64,000 nt of DNA from Pachysolen tannophilus NRRL Y-2460 (Eukaryota): positions 1,962,041 to 2,026,040 of the forward strand of contig KV454011.1 of assembly GCA_001661245.1 (NCBI GenBank). The letters are read 5' to 3'. Shown here one piece after another: positions 1 to 9,932 of this stretch. Below the pieces are notes generated by a model that ran no database searches, was not told where the DNA came from, and saw only the letters and a list, made by a program, of their open reading frames with translations. Position 1 is the first letter of the stretch; each line of letters opens with the position of its first letter. The position numbers were made by a program, and so were the translations under genes.

Positions 1-2078
1 ATACCACAAATAAGTATCAAGGAAAAATAAAATGATATCTGTGAAATACATTAATGCCAAAAGAATCCATGGTTGGTATGAACAAAACAATGAACCAAAA
101 TAGACCTCTCCAATACATCTTCTAATTTGCATTGTACTCAATTCTCTTATTGGATCACGGAGCGAAAGCGTTAAGAAAAAATATGACTCGGTAAATTTTG
201 CAGAAAATACCAAGACCCAAAGACTCCATGATGATAAAGAATTCCTGCCATGTAATTTATATACCGAACCTGTGAAATATCTACTTGCCAAAAATGATCT
301 TTCATCTCTATTGAGATAACTAATACCGAATAAACCACCTAATGGAGTTATCGAGAAATAGATAACCGTGAAAAGTGAGAAAACAAATTGGGCAATGGCA
401 ATGGTTAAACACTCAAAACTTGAATCATCCAAATCACGAAAAAGGAAAATATAAATTGAAGGAGACGTATTCAAGATTAAAATGAAAAAAAGGAAAAATA
501 ATTTTTTAGTCAAAGGTTCAGCTCCAGGCCATTTTCTTGGAACAAATACGTATTCAGCTAAAGTGGCAACGATATTGATAAAAGTGGAAAGTGATCCTGC
601 TAAAGAAATTGCAGAAAGTGTTGCCTGCATAGTTGGCGGATTATTAAGAGCCTGTTTGTAATTTTTTGTATAAAGGGTTGGAGAATTAAAAACTGTATAA
701 TACCAGAAAACTGATATATGAATGATCCATATACGATTAAAATTTGTAATTAAATGGAGCCAGGTCCTTGTTTCATGAAAAGTCTTATAAAAAGCTTTTT
801 CCCATAAAATGTCCTTCATATAGATATAACGCTGAGTTGGTGGAATGGACATAAATTTTGTCTTACGATCTTTCAAGACAATTTTTTCTAAACCTTTTCT
901 ATACCAAAATAATTGATTCATATCATCGTATCCAATTGTTGAAGAATGATCTTTATCGCAACGAACGTAAGCGCCATCTACCAAATCATATGTTTGGTCA
1001 CGATAAAACTCATATAATGGAGTAATAACATGATCCAAAAACCCATCTGGCGATGCCTGTTCAATTTTTGCACTAAAATCCAAAGAATAGAAATAATCGT
1101 TGCAACATTTGAAAATAAAACAAATACATTCTGGCATAAATCTTATATTATTTGCTTCACCCCAAATCAAAAGGTACAAAGCGATTTGTACAACACAATC
1201 TAATGCTGATAAGGAATTCATATTTTGAGACCACCTTTTTTCTGATTCTTGTAATGACAATACGTCTTCTTTTGTGATATTTTGTGATCTCATATAATCT
1301 TTTGTTGGAGTACCATCCAGCTTAGCGTTTTTATATCCAATTGTGTCATCAATATCTAATTGTGAAGCAAAATACCATTTCCTAAAATTTGAATTTAATC
1401 CGCCAATATAATCTGCATGTAAGGATCTTAGCGCTAGTATTGGTCCCATTCTTGAAGCTCTTGAATCTAATAGTTTTAAAAGATAATCAAACATATTTCT
1501 AGTGTTATCCAATTGGAAACCAAATACGTCTGTCAATTGTATGAATATTGCTTCAATTTCCATTCTAGTTATTGGGATGCATTCAGGGGGATTCCATGAT
1601 GGATAGGGATCATAATAATTATCAAATGCATCATAAATTCCTCTTTCCTTAAAAGCTTCACCTTCGACTTTTTGATCGGCACCAAATTTTTTACTTGCAT
1701 AAAGATTTCTAACTTTACCCAAATCATTCCAATGACTTGTATTAATAAAAGGTGTATTAAAAGCGCTAAATGGCAAGGCGCTTTTTTCTGTAAAAGCTGA
1801 ATTAAACCCAGTTCCATGGAGATCATTTATATTAAATGCTTTAAAAATGGGTAAAAGTTAGTAAAAGAGGAAAATCCAACAAATCAGCCTATCCGCCTAC
1901 TGAGGTAATTCTTACTAGAAGTTGTTGATTTAGGGTTATTTTGATATTCCGGTGAATCAGTATACCTCGTTGAAGAATCATCTGAAAATTCTTCCTTCTC
2001 ATGTTGATTGGAAACCAATGGACCATCGCTGATCCCAAAAGGTTCACCATTCGAATTCTTTGATTTTTCATTATTCAT
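1..2078 (-). CDS. FKS: 1,3-beta-glucan synthase catalytic subunit (FKS family, possibly FKS3/GSL-type paralog). 5' part only: join(2078..1916,1838..<1), runs off the window edge
   Basis: Hand translation of the minus strand gives DPYPSW...FGFQLDNTRNMFDYLLKLLDSRASRM...LHADYIGGLNSNFRKWYFASQLD, then SYFFLTLSLRDP (FLTLSLRDP at 177..151) and LFFLDTYLWY, all Fks motifs. The 64-aa ORF 1884..2078 supplies exon 1 via an in-frame intron. Confidence 0.93.
1839..1915 (-). other. 77-nt spliceosomal intron in the FKS gene
   Basis: GTAAGA donor at 1915, TACTAAC branch at 1863..1857, AAG acceptor ending 1839. Removal joins exon 1 in frame to the Fks ORF (TCT A|CA TTT) and skips the TGA. Confidence 0.85.
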
Positions 2079-3042
2079 TTTTTCCTTAATTTCTAATCTT
2101 TTTTTTTTTAAAAAAAAAACTTATCACCTTAATGATAACAACAATTCAAAACAAATTAAAAAAGCACTTAATGATTAATAGGCTTAAAGGCAAAACAAAA
2201 GGACACTTGTTAGAATAATTCTAAAATTTGTAGACTTCAAAAACAACAAAGTTGTCAAGCTATTATTTAACCGCCATTGGTATCAAGGTATTCCTCACTT
2301 TAAACAAAGAAAAAACAAAAAAACAATTTTTAAACAAATAAAAAAATAATATGCAATCAATCTTTCCTTTCAATTGGATTTCTTTTAGGTTTTAATTCCT
2401 ATTACTTATAGAGCTTTTATTTGAAATCTGATTTTGGTTAAGAAAAGATGAAAGACAAGTTTTGAATCTGATTTTAGTTATCTGGTCTTCTATTTGTGTA
2501 ACAGCGCTTAAAAATAAATACATTTTTTTTGTTGTACCAAAATCTCAAATTCTTTTTTTCTCTTCAGCCGCACATCGAGGGAGTGCCGAGGGACCTCCGA
2601 GGGCGCACTATAGGAGTGCCTAGAAGTTTCAGTATTTTTTTTCACTTGCATTATTTACAGACGTTAGTTATGTTTAGTCCCAATTAACTATTAACATTAG
2701 TTAAGTAATTAAATCTAGTAGATGGGACTCATCTCCTCGTTTTCAAATAATCAATAGCTTTTACTTATACAAACTTTCAATTAAAATTAAATAGTAAAAA
2801 AAATTAAGATATTATTAAAATAAAATGATTATTATCAAGCAAAGCTAAAATAAAAGAAAAAGAAGAAGACATTAACAACAATAATAATAATTAAAGGATT
2901 AAAAGCATTAAAATAGTAAGAAGAAATTACATACGTTTCTCATCAATAATAGTGAAGCAAGGGCGTAAAAAAAAGTAAAGAAAATTAATAAATAAATAAT
3001 ATGCTTTTTTTTTCAATTTTTTTTNTTTTTTTTTTTTTTCTC

Positions 3043-4983
3043 CTATAACTTTTTCATTTTATCTTTAACAGCAAAGAGGAACATAATCCATCCCATTAAA
3101 AGTGTAACACATCCAATACTAACATTGAGAGTGAACATTTCTGTGAAACCCCTATATTCCAATGCTTGAACAATAGGATCAGTACTTTCCATGAAAACCA
3201 GACCACCAGCCAATAGTGCAAAACTTGTAAATAGCTCTGTAAAAGGTCTTGAAGGTTTGAAATAATCTTCAGCATCATTGTAAGGCCAAAAAGTCAACAA
3301 GACAAAAGTGAAAAGTCTGAAAAATGAACCATAGGATAAAAGAGATCCCCATTGAACATGAATACTTGTCGATAAAGCAGACAGCTGGGCATGACGAGAC
3401 ATCAATAAACCAGTGAAAAAAATAGTGAATGCAGGAAATGGATTTAATGAATACCCTGGAGTGCATGTCTTGATTATGGAAGGATCAATTCTCATTGAAG
3501 ACTCGTTTACTCTGCTGATTGCCAGCATGAATTTGTTCCGTCTCCATGAATTTAATTTAACTTCAGTAATGACTCCACATAATCCACAACCAATATACAT
3601 GAAGGCAATAGAAACATGTTGTAAATCTTTCAGAGTCCAAGCACCTCCGGCTGCGGCAAGATGCTCCAAGAAAATATTTGTTGAACCATAAAATAAAATT
3701 AAGGAACTTTCAATCATTTCCATTGTGAGCATACCTGAAATTGGTTGAAATCTGAGATAAATTGAGCTAGGATGCTCATATTTAGAGATAAAAGAATGAT
3801 TCCATGCAAGTCCACATTTTTCAAAACCACCACAATACCTTGCCAATGACAAAACACCTAACAGAAAGAAAACTCCACCTTTAATGAAGTGTGCTAATAA
3901 ATTGAAAACAGTACCATTTAATCCCAATAAATTCAATACAGCAACACCTGTGATTGTATAAATATAGAGATAAATCAAATTCATATAATTTAACAATGCA
4001 AATGCAAAATTTGCAATGTGGTCAAAGGCACCAACAATTCTAGTAACATGTTGGTTCTGGAAAATTTTATTGAATAACGCATCTCTTTCAACGGATAATT
4101 TAGACCTTGCTGCATGTTGTTGCATTTTGAAACCACCTTCGTTTTCTGCGAATGTGACTGCATCAGCACCTGCATCCAAATCTAAAGAATCATCTCTTGG
4201 AGAATGAGAACTACCATCATTAGCAGTAGTAGTAGCATCACCGACGTCACCGATACCTCCATGCAGATGTTGAGCATCATCTGAAAATAAAGTTGAAGCG
4301 GGGGATTCACACTCATTTCTGGATATATCGTTTAGTGGAATGAACGTATTTGACATAGTTGATGACAAGTCATAATACTTGCTTGTATTGTTACCCCCAT
4401 TAATCCATTTAGTAGCAAATCTAACTAGGGCAGCAAAATAGTGAACTGTTACAAGGAAAAATAAAATAACCCCCATTTTGCCATAACAATTTTTTGGGTA
4501 CAAATCTTCAACATTGGTAATAAAAGTCATGTAACAAAACAATGAAATAACCATCATGATGAAATTTAAAGTCAAAGAAGGAATATACCAATTTGAATTT
4601 ATATTATCTAAGACCAAGCAAATTGGGTATACAAAGATTAATGAAACCAACACAAGACCAAAATGAACAAGTAATTGTCCTCTATAAGATGAATTGACTG
4701 TGAAATAGGTGGTAGTATTATACGCTTCCCAATATAATCTTTCCGCTTCTGTTAGCTTAGTGTCCAAGATAGGAACACCATGCAGATGCTTTTCTTCATG
4801 GGCCACCGGTATTATCTCGCCGGAGCTCTCCGATGACGCTAAAGATGAGGTCGAAGTAGTCACAGAAGTCTCATCATCTGTATCCGCAGCCATGTCCATA
4901 TCCATATCCATACATCTCGTCACCCCTAAAAATATAAACAAAGACAAAAATAAAAAAATTAAGCGCTCATGTGAAAATCTCAT
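3043..4983 (-). CDS. Polytopic membrane protein, DUF2427/Ytp1 family (YCR061W-like)
   Basis: 646-aa ORF with an N-terminal signal peptide, many TM segments and motifs FNLLAHFIKGGVFF, ESSLILFYGSTNIFLEHL, KDLQHVSIAF, STSIHVQWG, GGLVFMESTD. Confidence 0.85.
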   Translation of the reverse strand: MRFSHERLIFLFLSLFIFLGVTRCMDMDMDMAADTDDETSVTTSTSSLASSESSGEIIPVAHEEKHLHGVPILDTKLTEAERLYWEAYNTTTYFTVNSSYRGQLLVHFGLVLVSLIFVYPICLVLDNINSNWYIPSLTLNFIMMVISLFCYMTFITNVEDLYPKNCYGKMGVILFFLVTVHYFAALVRFATKWINGGNNTSKYYDLSSTMSNTFIPLNDISRNECESPASTLFSDDAQHLHGGIGDVGDATTTANDGSSHSPRDDSLDLDAGADAVTFAENEGGFKMQQHAARSKLSVERDALFNKIFQNQHVTRIVGAFDHIANFAFALLNYMNLIYLYIYTITGVAVLNLLGLNGTVFNLLAHFIKGGVFFLLGVLSLARYCGGFEKCGLAWNHSFISKYEHPSSIYLRFQPISGMLTMEMIESSLILFYGSTNIFLEHLAAAGGAWTLKDLQHVSIAFMYIGCGLCGVITEVKLNSWRRNKFMLAISRVNESSMRIDPSIIKTCTPGYSLNPFPAFTIFFTGLLMSRHAQLSALSTSIHVQWGSLLSYGSFFRLFTFVLLTFWPYNDAEDYFKPSRPFTELFTSFALLAGGLVFMESTDPIVQALEYRGFTEMFTLNVSIGCVTLLMGWIMFLFAVKDKMKKL

Positions 4984-5413
4984 CTTGCAAAGTGAGTTTT
5001 ATATTATATCGATATAAACAAGTCAAATCTCTTTTGTGATAACAATACTAGTCTGCTTTCAAACGGCAATTGCAATTGACTAAACTCAATATGAATAAAT
5101 AAATAAATATCAATCAATATGTGAATATAAATATATAAATATATTTATATATATTTATATATATGTTTCTTTGTTAAAAAGAAACAACGACTAATTCTAT
5201 AAACTTGACTAGCCGTCCAAAAAAACAAAAAAAAAAAAAAAAAATCTATATGGTGATTTTTCTCAATTATTTATAAATAAATCAAATTTACTAAAAAAAT
5301 AATATTATTTAATATATATGTTACAATTGAGAGTACAAAAGAAATGAAACATAATTATTAATTGAGTATTATTATTACCTTACTTATTCTTCTTATAAAT
5401 GTATTTTAGATTT

Positions 5414-5451
<38 letters not shown>

Positions 5452-5502
5452 AATTTTTTGGCTAAGGCTGCTAATTTCCGAATTCCGGTCACAAGCCGTT
5501 AC

Positions 5503-5867
5503 NNNNNNNNNNNNNNNNNNNNNNNNNNNNNNNNNNNNNNNNNNNNNNNNNNNNNNNNNNNNNNNNNNNNNNNNNNNNNNNNNNNNNNNNNNNNNNNNNN
5601 NNNNNNNNNNNNNNNNNNNNNNNNNNNNNNNNNNNNNNNNNNNNNNNNNNNNNNNNNNNNNNNNNNNNNNNNNNNNNNNNNNNNNNNNNNNNNNNNNNNN
5701 NNNNNNNNNNNNNNNNNNNNNNNNNNNNNNNNNNNNNNNNNNNNNNNNNNNNNNNNNNNNNNNNNNNNNNNNNNNNNNNNNNNNNNNNNNNNNNNNNNNN
5801 NNNNNNNNNNNNNNNNNNNNNNNNNNNNNNNNNNNNNNNNNNNNNNNNNNNNNNNNNNNNNNNNNNN
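5503..5867. other. Scaffold gap (365 N)
   Basis: Run of N flanked by poly-T tracts and near-duplicate sequence. Confidence 0.99.
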
Positions 5868-6789
5868 TTTTTTTTTTTTTTTTTATTTTATTTTTTTTGC
5901 TTATGCTGCTTATTTCCGAATTCCGTCACAAGCCGTTACGCTGGTCAAAATTTTTATGGAATACTGTAGAAAAAAAAAATTTCTTCCTTGCTCACTATTT
6001 TTACACATTTCAGGATGTACATGATTAAATCAAGCCATATCGGGTATGGTAGCATATCATAGAAATATTATTATGGTGGTTTCAGTGGTACTAATTATAA
6101 TTATTTAATTACTAATATGCATATTTTTTATGCCATTGGATGAACCGAGCACCGATGCTATTGACTAACAATAGCAAATTTGTGAGAACGAGTATTTACA
6201 GATAGACAGATAGATAGTACTTTATAAAACGAGTATTAATTATTTGATTATCTAAAAGCCGAGCCCTAGAATGAAAGTATATGATGCAGAAATAGTTGGT
6301 TCAAACTTGAAACGGTGCTAACCTTTTACCTGCTACCTCCTACCTGCCTACTTGCTTCCTGCTTCCTATTTAGTTACCAATTGGGAAACTGTTTATGAAA
6401 ATGGCTCTTTCCTCATTGGGAATCTTTTTATTAAATACGCTCAAAATACAATTTTTCTCCGAGCGGAATTTTCGTCCCGTTAAAAAAATTATAGTCAGTC
6501 AGTCAACTTATGTTTTCGAAATGAGAATTTGTGGCTGAGAACCGACGATTTTTCTGTGTTACCAAATTAGGAAAATTTACCAACCTCCAATGGGCTGAAT
6601 AATGTATTACTATATTAAACTGAGCTGAACGGTTAGATCACATCGTTAAATCACAATCCCCTTCCCCTATATACAATAAAAAAAAAAGAAGAAAGAACAT
6701 AAAAACAAAACTAAACTAAAGAAAACAAAATAAGATGAAAAAAAAAAAAAAAAAAAGTTACTAAAAATCATTCATCAGGTTTGTTTGAG

Positions 6790-7470
6790 TTACTCTTTAC
6801 CTAAGGTTGCATTTACTTCTTTAATTTTTTTGGCCAAATGTCTCTTGGTTACTTCAGGATGTGCTTTTTCAAATTCTTCTCTTTTTTCCTCATCATTGAT
6901 GATTTCTTTCCAATTGTCTTCTTCTCTGAAAAGCTTTGGAGCCTTCTTTGAATGTTGCTCTTCGTACATAGACAACCCCATAGAACCTAATAATAATGCA
7001 ACAGTAAGGAATTGGGCGTACATTCTTGCTTGAACAAACTTTTGCGTCTTGGTTAGAAGTGGATCTTTGTCAACGTAAACCCATGATCCCCACATAGATA
7101 GAGCCCATAACCCGGTAATTATCTTATACTTGTGCTCTGAAAGAACTTCAATAGATTTCTCACCCAACGTTAATGAGTGCCATCTTTTATACTCTTCCAA
7201 AGTTCTCTTTTGATCGTACTCAGAAGAATACATCTTCTTGTCGAAATTTTGCGAAGCTAACTCTGATACAATCGAAGTAGTACTAGCAATTGGCATAACA
7301 ACTAATGCAGTCTTGATAGAATAAGAAAGGTTCTTGAACAGCGGATACTTTCTTGGAACGACAGCAAATATACCAAGTGAAATACATGATCCAAGTAAAA
7401 AACCTTTAACAGCACCATTGAATGTGGCCGTGTTCAGAGCCTTAAATTCTTCTTCAGTTAAAACTTTCAT
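6790..7470 (-). CDS. RCF2: Respiratory supercomplex factor 2 (HIG1-domain mitochondrial membrane protein)
   Basis: First ATG at 7470 (MKVLTEEEF). Motifs HKYKIITGLWALSMWGSW and TKTQKFVQARMYAQFLTVALLL are typical of Rcf2. Confidence 0.9.
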   Translation of the reverse strand: MKVLTEEEFKALNTATFNGAVKGFLLGSCISLGIFAVVPRKYPLFKNLSYSIKTALVVMPIASTTSIVSELASQNFDKKMYSSEYDQKRTLEEYKRWHSLTLGEKSIEVLSEHKYKIITGLWALSMWGSWVYVDKDPLLTKTQKFVQARMYAQFLTVALLLGSMGLSMYEEQHSKKAPKLFREEDNWKEIINDEEKREEFEKAHPEVTKRHLAKKIKEVNATLGKE

Positions 7471-8159
7471 CTTCAAAAATATATTAATCTATAAAAAACA
7501 AAAAAAAAAAAATCTTTCACTACTCAAATAATTGCTAAAATATTAATATACATATATATTTATGAATAGATATATGTAAAGATTTATATGGTTTTATATG
7601 CGATGTTAAAAATCGGATGTCAGATACGACAATTTTACGGAAAAAACAGTGTGTGAAAAAAGTAAAACAAAAAAAAAAAAAAAAAGGTTTACAAAAAGCA
7701 AGTGCCGCGTAACCCGTACACTTCGATAGTAAGGTAATATTAGATAATTTTTAGAGATAATGTATGAACAACAATCGATAACCGTTAGACTAGTCACACG
7801 GAGATGACTCTTAAACATGTCACATTTTATAGTTAGTTTTCAAAATCTTCATGCTCAGTTTATACTAACTCGCTGCATCTCTATATGTAATTTAATCCAC
7901 GCGGTTTATTATGAACTAATCATTAATGACGGTCCCAATACACGACTTCATTTAGTACCACCGCCAACAGTCATCGGATGGCTCTTAGTCTTTGCGCGCA
8001 TTTTTGCAGGTAACGCACGCAAGCAAGTAAATACCCACCCACCCACTCACTCACTCACTTAGTAATTACTAATACTATTTCACTAAATGTGGGATTATAA
8101 AACATATATTATACGTGGGTTTTGATTATACACGACTTTGCTAAATTTCTCTACTACTA

Positions 8160-9446
8160 CTAATCATCTTCATCATCATCATCATCATCGTGTATTCCGA
8201 TTCTACGAGTACCTGTATTGGAACGAGAATGGGATTGACGCTGTTGTTGAGACCTAGCTGGATTTGGAATTTGATTTTTTCTTCTTGTTACAGTCACGCG
8301 ACTGTCTTCCGACTCTTCGTCATCGTCATCGTCTTCTTCTTCTGATGACAAGATTCTTGTTGTGGGTCTTCTCTTTGTTATTGTTACTGACTCATCATCA
8401 TCGGCATCCCCATAATCACTGGAGCTGTGTTCATCTACATTTATAACTTCTGCTCCAGTTGTAGCACTGTGGACTTGACCGTCATTATCCGAAGAGTCGT
8501 CATTATTACTATGGTTATTGTCTCCTTCAACGTACACTGGGAACCCTCCAGAGTTAACGAAATGACCCGAGGAAGCTGCAAAATTAGCATCCTCGGACCC
8601 GCTACTATGTCGTTCATATTCATCAGATACACCATGTAGTCTGTGATAAGCTTCATCAAGTTCATCTAAATCGTTATTAATCTCGTTGAGATCCCTATGG
8701 TCTATAAACGAAGAATCATCGCTTGCTTCATCATCGTCATCTTCTTCACCTTCTTCATCATCGTCGTCATCATCATCATCGCTCCTTATAGTTCGATCTC
8801 CAAAATTAAACCCATAATAATGTATATTTTCACCATCCTCATCACTGTCCATTTCTTCATCTTCATCGTCATCCAAGGGATCCGAAAACACCGCACCACA
8901 ATTCAAACACTGAGTTCCGTGTGCCTCCCAATGACACCTGGAACATCTGGCAACACCATCGGCCCGATCTATAACAACTTCCATCAAATCATGGAATATA
9001 CCATTGAACAAATAATCATTTTTGGAATCTATTCTATAATCAGCGGTTAATCTTTTCTCCAAATTTTTCAAAATCTTTTTAAAATCAGGTCGTATCTTCA
9101 CCACCGATTCCAAGAAAGAATCAACAACTTCCCTTAATTTTAAATTTAAAATTGGCAATCTTTTAATATTGGTTCTACATTCGGGACATTTCCGTTGATT
9201 CAGAGTCCACTCCTTCACACAGTTATAACAATAAGTATGGCCACATTGCAACATAAATGGCATCAACATGATTTCTTGACATATAGAACATGTTATAGAC
9301 GAATATACAGTCTTGATTAACTTGATTAATGGCGATTTTTCAGTACAACCTTGTATTATCTCATCAATAGTAACATTGGCATCTTCACCATCCGATTCGG
9401 CACTACTTTGATGCTTCCTAGTAGTATGCTTTTTTGTCAAATCCAT
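8160..9446 (-). CDS. PSH1: RING E3 ubiquitin ligase, Psh1-like (targets CENP-A/Cse4)
   Basis: C3HC4 RING (CSIC...CGHTYCYNC...CPECR), second Cys cluster DGVARCSRCHWE...CLNC, long acidic tail. First ATG at 9446. Confidence 0.78.
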   Translation of the reverse strand: MDLTKKHTTRKHQSSAESDGEDANVTIDEIIQGCTEKSPLIKLIKTVYSSITCSICQEIMLMPFMLQCGHTYCYNCVKEWTLNQRKCPECRTNIKRLPILNLKLREVVDSFLESVVKIRPDFKKILKNLEKRLTADYRIDSKNDYLFNGIFHDLMEVVIDRADGVARCSRCHWEAHGTQCLNCGAVFSDPLDDDEDEEMDSDEDGENIHYYGFNFGDRTIRSDDDDDDDDEEGEEDDDDEASDDSSFIDHRDLNEINNDLDELDEAYHRLHGVSDEYERHSSGSEDANFAASSGHFVNSGGFPVYVEGDNNHSNNDDSSDNDGQVHSATTGAEVINVDEHSSSDYGDADDDESVTITKRRPTTRILSSEEEDDDDDEESEDSRVTVTRRKNQIPNPARSQQQRQSHSRSNTGTRRIGIHDDDDDDEDD

Positions 9447-9932
9447 TTCTATATACACAAGATCACTCAAGATGGTGATTTTAATAATAATAATAAGACT
9501 GATATGGCTCTCGCTAGATAGATATACATCTAGCTGAGATGACAAAAGAAATATATATATATATGATATATATATATATATATGTATTTACACATATACG
9601 GATCTCCTCCAGAATTAAAAAAAAAAAAAAAAAAATGCAATGCGGAGAAGTTTTATTTTCTCCGTTTTTACCATCTACGGAAACCAAGCGGAGAAGTTAA
9701 AATTTAGAATCTTCTCCGTTTGTTTTCAAATCAGGAAAGGTAAAAGTAAACAAAAAAGACAAAAGAGAAAACTGTATAGTAATTGTAATGGCAAAATTGT
9801 ATAAAAGATCGAAACCTATAGAGTTTTTAGAGGTGAATTTAGTGAATCTATGAATAGCTGATTCAATAAAAGTATTTTTGGGAGGGCGCTTTTAATATTG
9901 GAGGGCTTTTTTGTCAAGATTTGGATCAAGAT

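Noticed and set aside
1569..1826. 85-aa minus-strand ORF (and 1889..2071)
   Set aside because: Alternative frames overlapping the FKS exons; the true frame carries the Fks motifs.
5458..6024. 188-aa ORF in the track
   Set aside because: Artefact of translating across the N gap.
6015..6210. Possible tiny spliced gene (GTATGG at 6044, GACTAAC-AATAG near 6163)
   Set aside because: The donor is non-consensus, branch-to-acceptor spacing is very short, and the product would be about 19 aa with no recognisable homology.
9921..9932. TTG/GTG starts in the track for DYN1, RCF2, PSH1, ROY1, COX7, TAF8, ECM29, FGH1 and the MCD1 N-half
   Set aside because: These are eukaryotic genes with a suitable ATG shortly downstream; the extensions read through UTR-like sequence.
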